From: Chitinivibrionales bacterium
GTDB lineage: Bacteria; Fibrobacterota; Chitinivibrionia; Chitinivibrionales; WJKA01
Assembly: GCA_038247415.1 (NCBI GenBank)
Contig: JBBRUX010000017.1
Coordinates: forward strand, 1-64,000
Direction: 5' to 3'
DNA length: 64,000 nucleotides
The stretch's first letter is position 1; every line of letters starts with the position of its first letter. This document shows, one piece after another, positions 19,995-28,494 of the stretch. Position numbers and translations under genes: made by a program. The notes below the pieces were generated by a model. It saw only the letters and a program-made list of their open reading frames with translations. It made no database searches and was not told the DNA's origin.

Positions 19995-21728
19995 ATGATT
20001 CATCGAAAAATAAGAATAATTTCGCAGGTGTTCTTTCTCTTTCTTTTCTTTGGCACTTTCTTTTTATTGACTACCTATAGCAACGCAGTATCGTTTAAGA
20101 GTGCATGGTTTTTGCAATTAAACCCCTTAACGTCCCTCTGCGTTATGATTGCTGCGCGATCGATGGTTTGGCCGCTTCTTATCGGGAGTGCGCTTGTGTT
20201 TACGCTTACCCTCATTTTTGGTCGTTTTTTTTGTGGTTTCATCTGCCCACTGGGAACACTTATAGATGCAAGTGACAAATATCTTTTCGGGCATACCCCG
20301 CCCTTTAAAGCGCAAGTTCTCCCGAGTAAATTAATCCGAGTAAAATATCTTCTCTTGATTGCACTTGGTGTTCTGGCTCTTTTTTCCTCTCTTGTTCCGC
20401 TCTTTTTCGATCCGATTTCTTTGTTAACGCGCATTGCTACTATAATTCTTGTTCCCTTATTTTCTATTGTGCGAGCCGACAGCACTGCATTTTTGCAGCA
20501 GATTTCTTCTGGTGCTCTCAGTTTCCCTGCCTTTAAGGTTCCTCTTTATTATGCAATAGGCGAAGCCCTTATTCTTGTTGCCCTTATTTTTTTTGGGGCC
20601 TTGTGGGCACCTCGTTTTTATTGTCGGGTTCTATGTCCAAGCGGTGCTTTTTTTGGGATCGTTGGTCGCTTTGCACTTTTTCACCGGCGCTCACATGCTG
20701 CAACGTGTCATTCCTGCGGTTTGTGTGCAAAATTGTGTCCAACCAATGCAATTATTAATAAGAACGGCGATACAACAATTCAGAGCGAATGTATTGTGTG
20801 CGGAGTCTGCACCTCAAAAAAACATGTTGCGTGCAATCGATTTGTTTTTGGGAAGCCTTCACTCGCTTTTGTTAAAGGTCCCGACCTTTCTCGTCGTAGT
20901 CTTGTTGCGGGTGCCGGCATTGGTGCGCTTTTGGTGCCACTCGTTCGAGCAGATGCACTTGTCAAGCAAGATGGGCAGGGGAGGCTTATACGGCCGCCTG
21001 GTGCAATCGAAGAAATTGATTTTGTCAAGAAGTGTATTGGGTGCGGTGCGTGCTATAAAGTATGTCCCACAAATGCCATTCAACCATGCACTTTTTTGGA
21101 TGGCGCACTACGGCAGTTTTCCCCAAAAATTGTTCCGCGTATCGGCGGATGCGAAGAAAAATGTTTTGCATGCGGACATGTGTGTCCAACAGGTGCTTTA
21201 CGGCCGCTTGTGTACGAGAGTAAAAAGTATGCGAAAATAGGAACTGCTGTTATTCATCGGCAAAAGTGTCTTGCATGGTCTCAAAAACGCGAATGCCTTG
21301 TGTGTGATGAAACGTGTCCGTATAATGCCATTGAGGCGAGTGTACAGGAAACTACCAAAGGTCCTTTTAAAGTACCAATTGTCTACGAAAGTCTTTGCAC
21401 TGGTTGCGGAATGTGCGAAATGCATTGTCCTATCAAAGGGGATGGTGCAATAGTAGTATATAAATTTGGAGAAAATAGGCTATCCAAAGGTGAGTATCTT
21501 ACGCAGTGGCAGAAGAAGAGCTTTGATGAGCAACGTCAGAAATCTGACAGCAAAGGGATGATGGGAACTGCATCTTCATCGTCTGCAGATACACCTCTCA
21601 CGGGTTTCGAAAATACCGGATTTGTATCACAATCGTCAGGTTCTGAATTAGTTGACACAGCAAAGTTTGCTCCGCAGAATACAAAAAGCACCTCTTCTGG
21701 GAGTGCTCTTCCTGCAGGATTTGAATAG
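19995..21728 (+). CDS. Membrane polyferredoxin (NapH/MauN-like fused to NapG/MauM-like)
   Basis: TM helices with GRFFCGFICP and RFYCRVLCP, multiple CxxCxxCxxxCP motifs, and IRPPGA. Confidence 0.88.
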   Translation: MIHRKIRIISQVFFLFLFFGTFFLLTTYSNAVSFKSAWFLQLNPLTSLCVMIAARSMVWPLLIGSALVFTLTLIFGRFFCGFICPLGTLIDASDKYLFGHTPPFKAQVLPSKLIRVKYLLLIALGVLALFSSLVPLFFDPISLLTRIATIILVPLFSIVRADSTAFLQQISSGALSFPAFKVPLYYAIGEALILVALIFFGALWAPRFYCRVLCPSGAFFGIVGRFALFHRRSHAATCHSCGLCAKLCPTNAIINKNGDTTIQSECIVCGVCTSKKHVACNRFVFGKPSLAFVKGPDLSRRSLVAGAGIGALLVPLVRADALVKQDGQGRLIRPPGAIEEIDFVKKCIGCGACYKVCPTNAIQPCTFLDGALRQFSPKIVPRIGGCEEKCFACGHVCPTGALRPLVYESKKYAKIGTAVIHRQKCLAWSQKRECLVCDETCPYNAIEASVQETTKGPFKVPIVYESLCTGCGMCEMHCPIKGDGAIVVYKFGENRLSKGEYLTQWQKKSFDEQRQKSDSKGMMGTASSSSADTPLTGFENTGFVSQSSGSELVDTAKFAPQNTKSTSSGSALPAGFE

Positions 21729-21755
21729 TTTTTTACCGATAAAACGGGGGTTGCC

Positions 21756-22664
21756 ATGGATCTATCTCGTCGTGAATTTGTTAAATCTTCTGCAGTTGCA
21801 TCATTGCTTGCAGTGCCGGTAGTAGCTCTTGATCAAGCAGCATCTGCAAAAAGTGAAGTTTTTGTGGGAAAAGGAAATGCAGAGATTGTCATTCCAAAGA
21901 TACTTGCGAAAATGGGTGGGATAGGGCGTTTTGTAAAGCCTGGAAGTCGCGTTGTTATTAAGCCGAATATGAGTTTTGCTAATCCACCCGAATGGGGAAC
22001 GACAACCTCCCCAGAAGTTGTGGCAATACTCGCAAAGCTCTGTTTAGATGCTGGTGCTAAGCGGGTTATTGTATGTGATAATACCTTGCGTGATCCACAA
22101 ATTTGTAAAGCGCAAACTGGCATTGGGGCGGCACTCAAAGATCTCAAGGGTGTGGTTATCTTTACGCCACAACAGGTGGATTCTTTTTATGAGGAAAAGA
22201 GTCATCCTAAGGCTTTGGAGCTTACTCGTACCGAAGTGGTTAAAGAAGTACTTGCCGCCGATGCTCTTATTTGTCTTCCTGCTGCTAAATCTCACTCTGC
22301 GGGAGGCGTATCTTTTGGCATTAAGGGCTTAATGGGTCTGGTTAAAAATCGTGGGCGTTTTCACTCCGAAATGGATTTACACAAAGCAATTGCGGAACAG
22401 CTTTACTATATGACTCCCACGCTCACACTTATCGATGCAACACGTGCGCTGCTTGACAATGGCCCTGCTGGTCCTGGCAAGGTTGTTACTCTTAATACCT
22501 ATGTGGCGGGAACCGATCCTGTAGCTACCGACAGCTTTGGCGTTTCTCTTGCGCCCTGGTATGGGAGAAGTTTTGATGGCAAACAGGTAACGCATCTTCA
22601 GCATGCGAGCGCACTTGGTTTTGGAAATGTAGATTCGGCAAAAATTTCGGAAATTACTGTGTAA
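21756..22664 (+). CDS. DUF362 family protein with Tat signal
   Basis: SRREFVK twin-arginine signal; VVIKPN, KSH and DPVATD motifs. Confidence 0.88.
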   Translation: MDLSRREFVKSSAVASLLAVPVVALDQAASAKSEVFVGKGNAEIVIPKILAKMGGIGRFVKPGSRVVIKPNMSFANPPEWGTTTSPEVVAILAKLCLDAGAKRVIVCDNTLRDPQICKAQTGIGAALKDLKGVVIFTPQQVDSFYEEKSHPKALELTRTEVVKEVLAADALICLPAAKSHSAGGVSFGIKGLMGLVKNRGRFHSEMDLHKAIAEQLYYMTPTLTLIDATRALLDNGPAGPGKVVTLNTYVAGTDPVATDSFGVSLAPWYGRSFDGKQVTHLQHASALGFGNVDSAKISEITV

Positions 22665-22744
22665 TAGGTGAGCAGACGTAGAGTAGCAGCAATCACTGTG
22701 GTATAGCTGTGAAGGCATTTCCAAAGTGATTGCAGTGTAGCGTT

Positions 22745-23413
22745 TTATATGTTGAGAATTCCCCGAATTATTCCCAGGTACTCTTCTCGCCGCGTATCGA
22801 AGTCAACAGGCTTTTGGAAAAATTCAAAGAAACGGTTCTGTCGAAGCGTTCTGTAAAGAAGATTGTTGTCGTTTTCTGGATTGCCTGTAATCAGAATAAA
22901 AGCCATAGAGGGAACGAGTTTTTTTACTTCGGTGCAGAGCTCGTTGCCTCGCATTCCCGGCATTACTTCATCGGTAATAACTAAGCCCACTTCGGGGGTT
23001 TCCTTGATAAATGCAAGCGCTTCAAAGGGATTGGTGAATGTTTGCAGCTTAAAATATTTGCTGAATTTGCGTTTGAAAACAAAGATGTTTTGTTCTTCAT
23101 CGTCAACGTATACAACAATGGGTTGCTTGAGTGAATGTGGCTTTTGAGCCTTGAGCATATGGTCGATAATATCCCCAATGGTTAGGGTATTAAACCGTTC
23201 GGGTACCAGCATGCTCTCCATTTCTAGAGATGGAATTTTAAGTCGAATTTCGAGGTCGCGTATTATTTCTCCAAAAGTAGCGATATCCACTCCATACGCC
23301 TGAAGTTGCTTCGTTGGCTCGGCTATTTCTTCGAAATGTATAATCTCATCGTTTCTATCGATGATACGTTCAGCGGCTGCACGGAGCAGATTGTAAGCAG
23401 AGGTCTTATCCAT
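22745..23413 (-). CDS. Response regulator: degenerate ACP-like N-domain plus receiver domain
   Basis: ATG 23413 overlaps the upstream stop. N-half LQAYGVDIATFGEIIRDLE..LKI..TIGDIID; receiver with VDDE, ITDEVMP, ITG and QKP. Confidence 0.8.
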   Translation of the reverse strand: MDKTSAYNLLRAAAERIIDRNDEIIHFEEIAEPTKQLQAYGVDIATFGEIIRDLEIRLKIPSLEMESMLVPERFNTLTIGDIIDHMLKAQKPHSLKQPIVVYVDDEEQNIFVFKRKFSKYFKLQTFTNPFEALAFIKETPEVGLVITDEVMPGMRGNELCTEVKKLVPSMAFILITGNPENDNNLLYRTLRQNRFFEFFQKPVDFDTRREEYLGIIRGILNI

Positions 23414-24614
23414 TGGAACCTTTCTTGCCAGGAAACCGTGATTCGAGGCCAAATTTTTTAAGCGCAGCAATAATTTCTGCACCTATTAAATCAATATCGT
23501 TTTCGGAGAGATCGGAATACAAAGAAAATCTGAGTAAACTTGATCCCGACGGAACTGCAGGCGGGAGAAATACCGCTGTAAGAATATTTTTTTCGAGCAG
23601 TTCGCCATACATGAGGCATGCGTCATCTGTCCCTTTAAATCGCAGAGAAACAATCTGGCATTCGCTTGGACCAGTATCAATATTTTGTGCTGTCAAAAGC
23701 TCTCGTAAACGCTTGGCCATTGCATGAACATGAGCTGCACGATGTGGCTCTCGCTCAATAATTGCAAGTGCTGCACTATTTCCAGCAGAATTTGCAGGAG
23801 GAGGAGCAGAACTAAAAATGCTTGGTCGCATCCAGAACGGTAGCGCTTGCCCAGCATACTTGGAAGTTATGATGAGTCCTCCGCTACCACCTAATGCTTT
23901 GGCTAAACTGACGGTTCGGTAATGGATCGCGCTTTCGAGCCCTAATGCTACTGCAAGCCCTCCGCCATGTTCGCCGATCATGCCAAAACTATGAGCTTCG
24001 TCAAGAACCAAAACACAATTATTTTTTTGCGCTATGTCAGCGTACTGCTCAAGGGGAGAAACTGCTCCGCTTGTGCTGTAGTATGAGTCTATAATGACTA
24101 TCCCCGGCCCGTAGGATTCAATGAAGCTCTCCAAAGCCTTTGGGCGGTTGTGACGAATAGGGACTATGCGACCTGCAGAAAGGCGGCCGCCATCCCAGAG
24201 TGAAGCATGTGCTGCCATGTCAATGTAAATGGGTGTGTCTTCGGTGGCAAGGGAACTGATCAGGCCGACATTTGCCGACCAGCCGCTGGTTGTGATCTGG
24301 ATTCCATCGGGTCCGTCGACTTTTGATACGCGTGCTACACGTTCGCGAAATTCAGAATGGTAATCGTGTGCACCACCATAGGTCATGGATGCCATAGCAC
24401 CAGAGCCTGTTTTTTCGGTTGCTGCATTTTTTGCAGCAATAACTTCTGGGTGTGCAGATAAACGCAAATAGTTGTTTTGATGACACGTAAAGTACCCTTT
24501 GATGTCTGCATCGGGCGGAGGATCAAAAGGAAAAACCACCAGGGCGTTTTTTGATACGTAGAATTCATCGATACGTTTGCTGAGCCAATCGGGCATTGTG
24601 GGAACGTTATTCAT
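23406..24614 (-). CDS. cqsA: CqsA/LqsA-type PLP-dependent autoinducer synthase (AONS family)
   Basis: MPDWLSKRIDEF N-terminus, SGWSANVGL, YIDMAAHASLWDG, GPGIVIIDSYYSTSG, DEAHS and SLAK are CqsA-clade variants of the AONS motifs. Confidence 0.78.
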   Translation of the reverse strand: MNNVPTMPDWLSKRIDEFYVSKNALVVFPFDPPPDADIKGYFTCHQNNYLRLSAHPEVIAAKNAATEKTGSGAMASMTYGGAHDYHSEFRERVARVSKVDGPDGIQITTSGWSANVGLISSLATEDTPIYIDMAAHASLWDGGRLSAGRIVPIRHNRPKALESFIESYGPGIVIIDSYYSTSGAVSPLEQYADIAQKNNCVLVLDEAHSFGMIGEHGGGLAVALGLESAIHYRTVSLAKALGGSGGLIITSKYAGQALPFWMRPSIFSSAPPPANSAGNSAALAIIEREPHRAAHVHAMAKRLRELLTAQNIDTGPSECQIVSLRFKGTDDACLMYGELLEKNILTAVFLPPAVPSGSSLLRFSLYSDLSENDIDLIGAEIIAALKKFGLESRFPGKKGSNG

Positions 24615-24648
24615 CGAGCTGCCTTTTTGTATACTTAAAGAGTATTGA

Positions 24649-25710
24649 TTAATAGTAATTTTTTAAATCGGTTCGGCGATTCCATTGACCGGTGACCATT
24701 AATTTGATACGGACCATCCACACGATTGCATCGCGCATGCCTAAACGATGGGCTGCATAGCGCATTGCTTTGAATGCACCATTGAGCCGATAATTTTTAA
24801 AGGGGCCTTTTCTTTTAATGTCTTGTTGAACAAAGAGTGGTGTATCGTATTGTATATCGTTGAGGTTGATATGATAAGTAAACCGCCCCTCTGTACGGGC
24901 CGCATCAACAGATTTTTTATGGCGCGCCGTACTTGCAGGAGTCACTACCATTGCGAGCGCGTAATCCCCACTAATAGCACCACTTGGGCAATCCATCGAG
25001 CATCGAAAGCAGAAAATGCACGGTGACTGAATGCGTGGTGGGTTAGAAAGCGGATCGATACCGCCAACAGGACAAATTTTAGCGCAGATTCCGCATGTGG
25101 TGCATCGATTAGCATCGATATGTAAAGGAGGAAGCATTGCGCGTAACGTCTTAGGTTGATACAGATCGAGTTCTTTAAAAACCCATCGTTCCTCTTTTGG
25201 CAAAGGAGCCGGTTGCACCGAGGGAATGTCTTCTCCAGCACGGGCCCGTAGAGTCAAACGAGCGATACTTTTCCCAAACTCAGTGGATTCTTCGAGATCC
25301 AAAGTGTCGGGGTGTCCTGTGGTGAGGGTAGGATACGGATAATACGGGAGTCTTCCGTCGGCATAGCAATGATGACATCCTAACACTGTAGCAGCTTTAT
25401 TTTTAAGAGAAAGAGTGATTGACTGAAGAGCAGTTGCCGGAATGGTTCCATGGGAGACAAAGGCAAACCAGAGAGCCCCATTTTGAGCAGGGAGTGCATT
25501 GATAAAATCGGTTACATTAAAAGGAATCTGATAATAAAAAACGGGTGATCCAATACCAATGACATCGTAGGATGCTAGTAACGTTGTGTCGATCGTGTGC
25601 ATTTCAAAAAGGTCGACAGGAAGACCCGCGGCTTGAATTCCTGTTGCAATTGCCTGGGCAACTTTTTTAGTTCCGCCAGTTTGCGAAAAGTAAATTATTG
25701 CACATTTCAT
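24649..25710 (-). CDS. EFR1-type flavodoxin + 2x[4Fe-4S] ferredoxin fusion
   Basis: YFSQTGGT flavodoxin motif; CTTCGICAKICP and CIFCFRCSMDCP; ATGA overlap at 25707-25710. Confidence 0.88.
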   Translation of the reverse strand: MKCAIIYFSQTGGTKKVAQAIATGIQAAGLPVDLFEMHTIDTTLLASYDVIGIGSPVFYYQIPFNVTDFINALPAQNGALWFAFVSHGTIPATALQSITLSLKNKAATVLGCHHCYADGRLPYYPYPTLTTGHPDTLDLEESTEFGKSIARLTLRARAGEDIPSVQPAPLPKEERWVFKELDLYQPKTLRAMLPPLHIDANRCTTCGICAKICPVGGIDPLSNPPRIQSPCIFCFRCSMDCPSGAISGDYALAMVVTPASTARHKKSVDAARTEGRFTYHINLNDIQYDTPLFVQQDIKRKGPFKNYRLNGAFKAMRYAAHRLGMRDAIVWMVRIKLMVTGQWNRRTDLKNYY

Positions 25711-27236
25711 GTGGGAGTATCTTTCATCTGACTTTTGATGTTGCACTGTTTGAGAATAGCTTCTGCCGACCAATAGGCAGACATGCCAACACCCGAGATC
25801 CCTGCACCTGGGCTAACCCACGCACTTGTAAAATATAAAGCATGCTTTTTAAGATGAAAGGGAAATCGGTTTAGCCCGCCTTGAGAAATTCGCTGACATG
25901 CCCCATATACTGCACCTTCGGGATTATTGCTATAGCGTTGCATTGTTTTTGGTGTGCTGATGTCAGCTACATCAATATGGTTTGTAAACCCTGGAAAGTG
26001 CTTTTCAACCTTGGCAATAAGTATGTCTGCTACCCGTTTCTTTTCGGCATTGTATGCAGCTTTGTCGGTAATTGCATTCCAGTAGGGTATCCGATCCACA
26101 GTGCAGATCGCGAGAACCGATTTGCCCTCTGGTGCAAGCGAATGGTCGAGGTTATACGATATGAGTGCTATACCTCTTTTGTCAAAATCAACGAGTTTTC
26201 CATCTGTTTTTGTCTCACTAATGTCGTCAAGTTCATTCAGAAAATAGCAATATTCATTGATCCCGAGCGATTTTGCATCAACATTCAAACCAATATATAC
26301 CGAGAACATTGAAGTGGAAATATGTGTCCTTGATGCTTTTTTCTGAATGCGAGCAGATACTGCCTTTGTGTTAATCAGTCCAGAAAAGAGCTCTGTTATT
26401 GGGCCATTGTAAACAACGGCATCGGCAGGGATGTGGTTGGTATCGATGCTTACACCGCATGCTTTTTTGCCTTTGAAGTCGATATGGTTAACACGAGAAT
26501 TTGTATGAATTTCGCCATTGTTTTCGGTTATAATAGTTCCAAGTGCTTTTGCAAGTTCGTGCGAAGTTCCAGAAATCCAGTACGCTTCGTTAAGAAATAC
26601 ATGGGTAGGCGCAGCAAAAAAAGGAACATTGAGATTTCTGACATCATCGGCAAAGTAATAGTAAAGCTGCCCGAGAATAGTACGCACTTTGTTATTGGCG
26701 ATAGTTCCCCAAATGAGATCGTGCACAGTTTTATAGGAATACATCATCAGGGTTGGCATTTTAAAAGGTGCCTTGAGTAGTTCAAATCCTTTTGCATCCG
26801 AAAACCAGTCGAGTTCCGAAGATATTTTTTCGAGCACGGTAAAAAAGGTTGTTATCCCTTTTTGTTCTTCGGGAAATTGGTTTACAAGCTGGGCACAAAG
26901 TTCTTTTGAGGAATGGGGCAGGGTGAATTTAAAATCGCCTGTGATGGAGGTATACGGGGATTTGATAGGAAGCAAGGTGATACGTTCTTGCAATTTCAAA
27001 TAGCGAAAATAACGCGCTTTAAGTTTGTCGTTGAGAAAACCGTTAAGCTCGTGCAAAGATCCTTCCATTAAATAGTCTTTTCGTTTCCACGAAGTAGCAA
27101 AACCCCCAATTTTTGGAAGCGCTTCAAAAATATGAACTTTGACGCCATGCTTCGCGAGCATTGCACCACAAAAGAGACCGCCTAAACCGCCGCCAACAAT
27201 TGCAACAGTGGGTGGATTTGATCCTTGGGTTTTCAT
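25707..27236 (-). CDS. Phytoene desaturase / retinol saturase-like FAD oxidoreductase
   Basis: Motifs GGGLGG..E..IGG, STPKT..RY..NPEGAVYG and PGAGISGV. Confidence 0.88.
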   Translation of the reverse strand: MKTQGSNPPTVAIVGGGLGGLFCGAMLAKHGVKVHIFEALPKIGGFATSWKRKDYLMEGSLHELNGFLNDKLKARYFRYLKLQERITLLPIKSPYTSITGDFKFTLPHSSKELCAQLVNQFPEEQKGITTFFTVLEKISSELDWFSDAKGFELLKAPFKMPTLMMYSYKTVHDLIWGTIANNKVRTILGQLYYYFADDVRNLNVPFFAAPTHVFLNEAYWISGTSHELAKALGTIITENNGEIHTNSRVNHIDFKGKKACGVSIDTNHIPADAVVYNGPITELFSGLINTKAVSARIQKKASRTHISTSMFSVYIGLNVDAKSLGINEYCYFLNELDDISETKTDGKLVDFDKRGIALISYNLDHSLAPEGKSVLAICTVDRIPYWNAITDKAAYNAEKKRVADILIAKVEKHFPGFTNHIDVADISTPKTMQRYSNNPEGAVYGACQRISQGGLNRFPFHLKKHALYFTSAWVSPGAGISGVGMSAYWSAEAILKQCNIKSQMKDTPT

Positions 27237-27518
27237 ATTTCCTTAAATTATGGGTCGAAGAATTTATAAATGGCATTGAAAAGATAATCATTAATTGCCC
27301 AATTGGCAAAAAAAACATTTAACCTCGTATGTTCATAAACTTAGCATAAAGGGAATATACGCTGATACATAATGGTAACTGATTGATTCTTGATTCCTTG
27401 CGTTTAAGCTGGGTGTTCCTATCGCGATTAAACTCTTCAAATCTTGGTATTAGGGACGGTTTTTTGCAGGCAATCACAATTTAGGCAGAGAGGGTGATTA
27501 TTTATTATTTTAGAACCC

Positions 27519-28490
27519 ATGTCTACTGTTGCCGAATTTGCAGCGCGCCTTCATCGTGCTCATCCATCTACCTTGCAAAGAACTCATATTCCTGCCATAT
27601 ATCAGGGGCGCGTTGAGAAGCTCTACGATATCAGGGCAATAATTTTTGATGTATATGGCACGCTTGTCGATTATTGGCAGCCGCATTTTGCCGATCCTAC
27701 CATTAAAGAAGCTGCTCTGCTTAAGGCCTGTGATGCTACAATTAATCACTTTGGCTTGGAACCTTTTTTTGAAACCATGAATTCCGATGATACCCCAGCC
27801 AAAACACTTTTTGACTTATATCATGGGCTGATTGCTTTCTCGCACGATAAGGCTCGCGTAAAAGGAATCGAATATCCCGAAGTTATCATCGAAGAAATCT
27901 GGATGCTTATTATCCTTATGCTTCGCCGGCACGGGTTCGATCCCGCAAGCCTGCACTATGGCACTGAGCGTGATTTAGCGAAATGCCTGGCCTATTACTA
28001 TAACTCTAAGGCTTTAGGGAGAGGCTTCTTTCCCTCGGTAGTCCCTGCTCTTGACGCACTCAAGGCTCAAAACTTTCGCCTTGGCATTGTATCGAATGCT
28101 CAATTTTATACCCCAATCGATCTGAGTCTGTTTGTTCGCGATCAAGCACCAGAGGCATACGAAGATTATCTGGAACTCATTGAACCGGATCTTGCCATTT
28201 TTTCCTATGTAGAAGGTACTGCAAAACCCGGTCAAAAACTATTTCGTAAATTATACGATGCTCTGTATGAATATGATATTCTACCTGAGCAAACAGTGTT
28301 TGTTGGCAACGACTTATTGCTTGATATTGCGGCAGCTCGCGAAGCAGGCATGAAAACCGCCCTTTTTTGTGGTGATCAGGAATCCCTCTTTGCCCACGAT
28401 CTTGCTCATGTCGAAATCCCCGATATCGTTTTTTCTGATTTTGCAGACTTGCCATCTAAGATTTCTTTTTATCAACCCGAAAGGAGCTGA
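27519..28490 (+). CDS. HAD family hydrolase
   Basis: Motifs FDVYGTL, VSNAQ, KP and VGNDLLLDI. Confidence 0.88.
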   Translation: MSTVAEFAARLHRAHPSTLQRTHIPAIYQGRVEKLYDIRAIIFDVYGTLVDYWQPHFADPTIKEAALLKACDATINHFGLEPFFETMNSDDTPAKTLFDLYHGLIAFSHDKARVKGIEYPEVIIEEIWMLIILMLRRHGFDPASLHYGTERDLAKCLAYYYNSKALGRGFFPSVVPALDALKAQNFRLGIVSNAQFYTPIDLSLFVRDQAPEAYEDYLELIEPDLAIFSYVEGTAKPGQKLFRKLYDALYEYDILPEQTVFVGNDLLLDIAAAREAGMKTALFCGDQESLFAHDLAHVEIPDIVFSDFADLPSKISFYQPERS

Positions 28491-28494
28491 TTTC

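Noticed and set aside
23406..24614. Biotin synthesis BioF or serine palmitoyltransferase
   Set aside because: The motifs are CqsA-type (SGW.ANVGL, AHASLWDG, DS.YST, and the N-terminal P.....RID), and no bio or sphingolipid genes are nearby. This is not formally excluded without a phylogeny.
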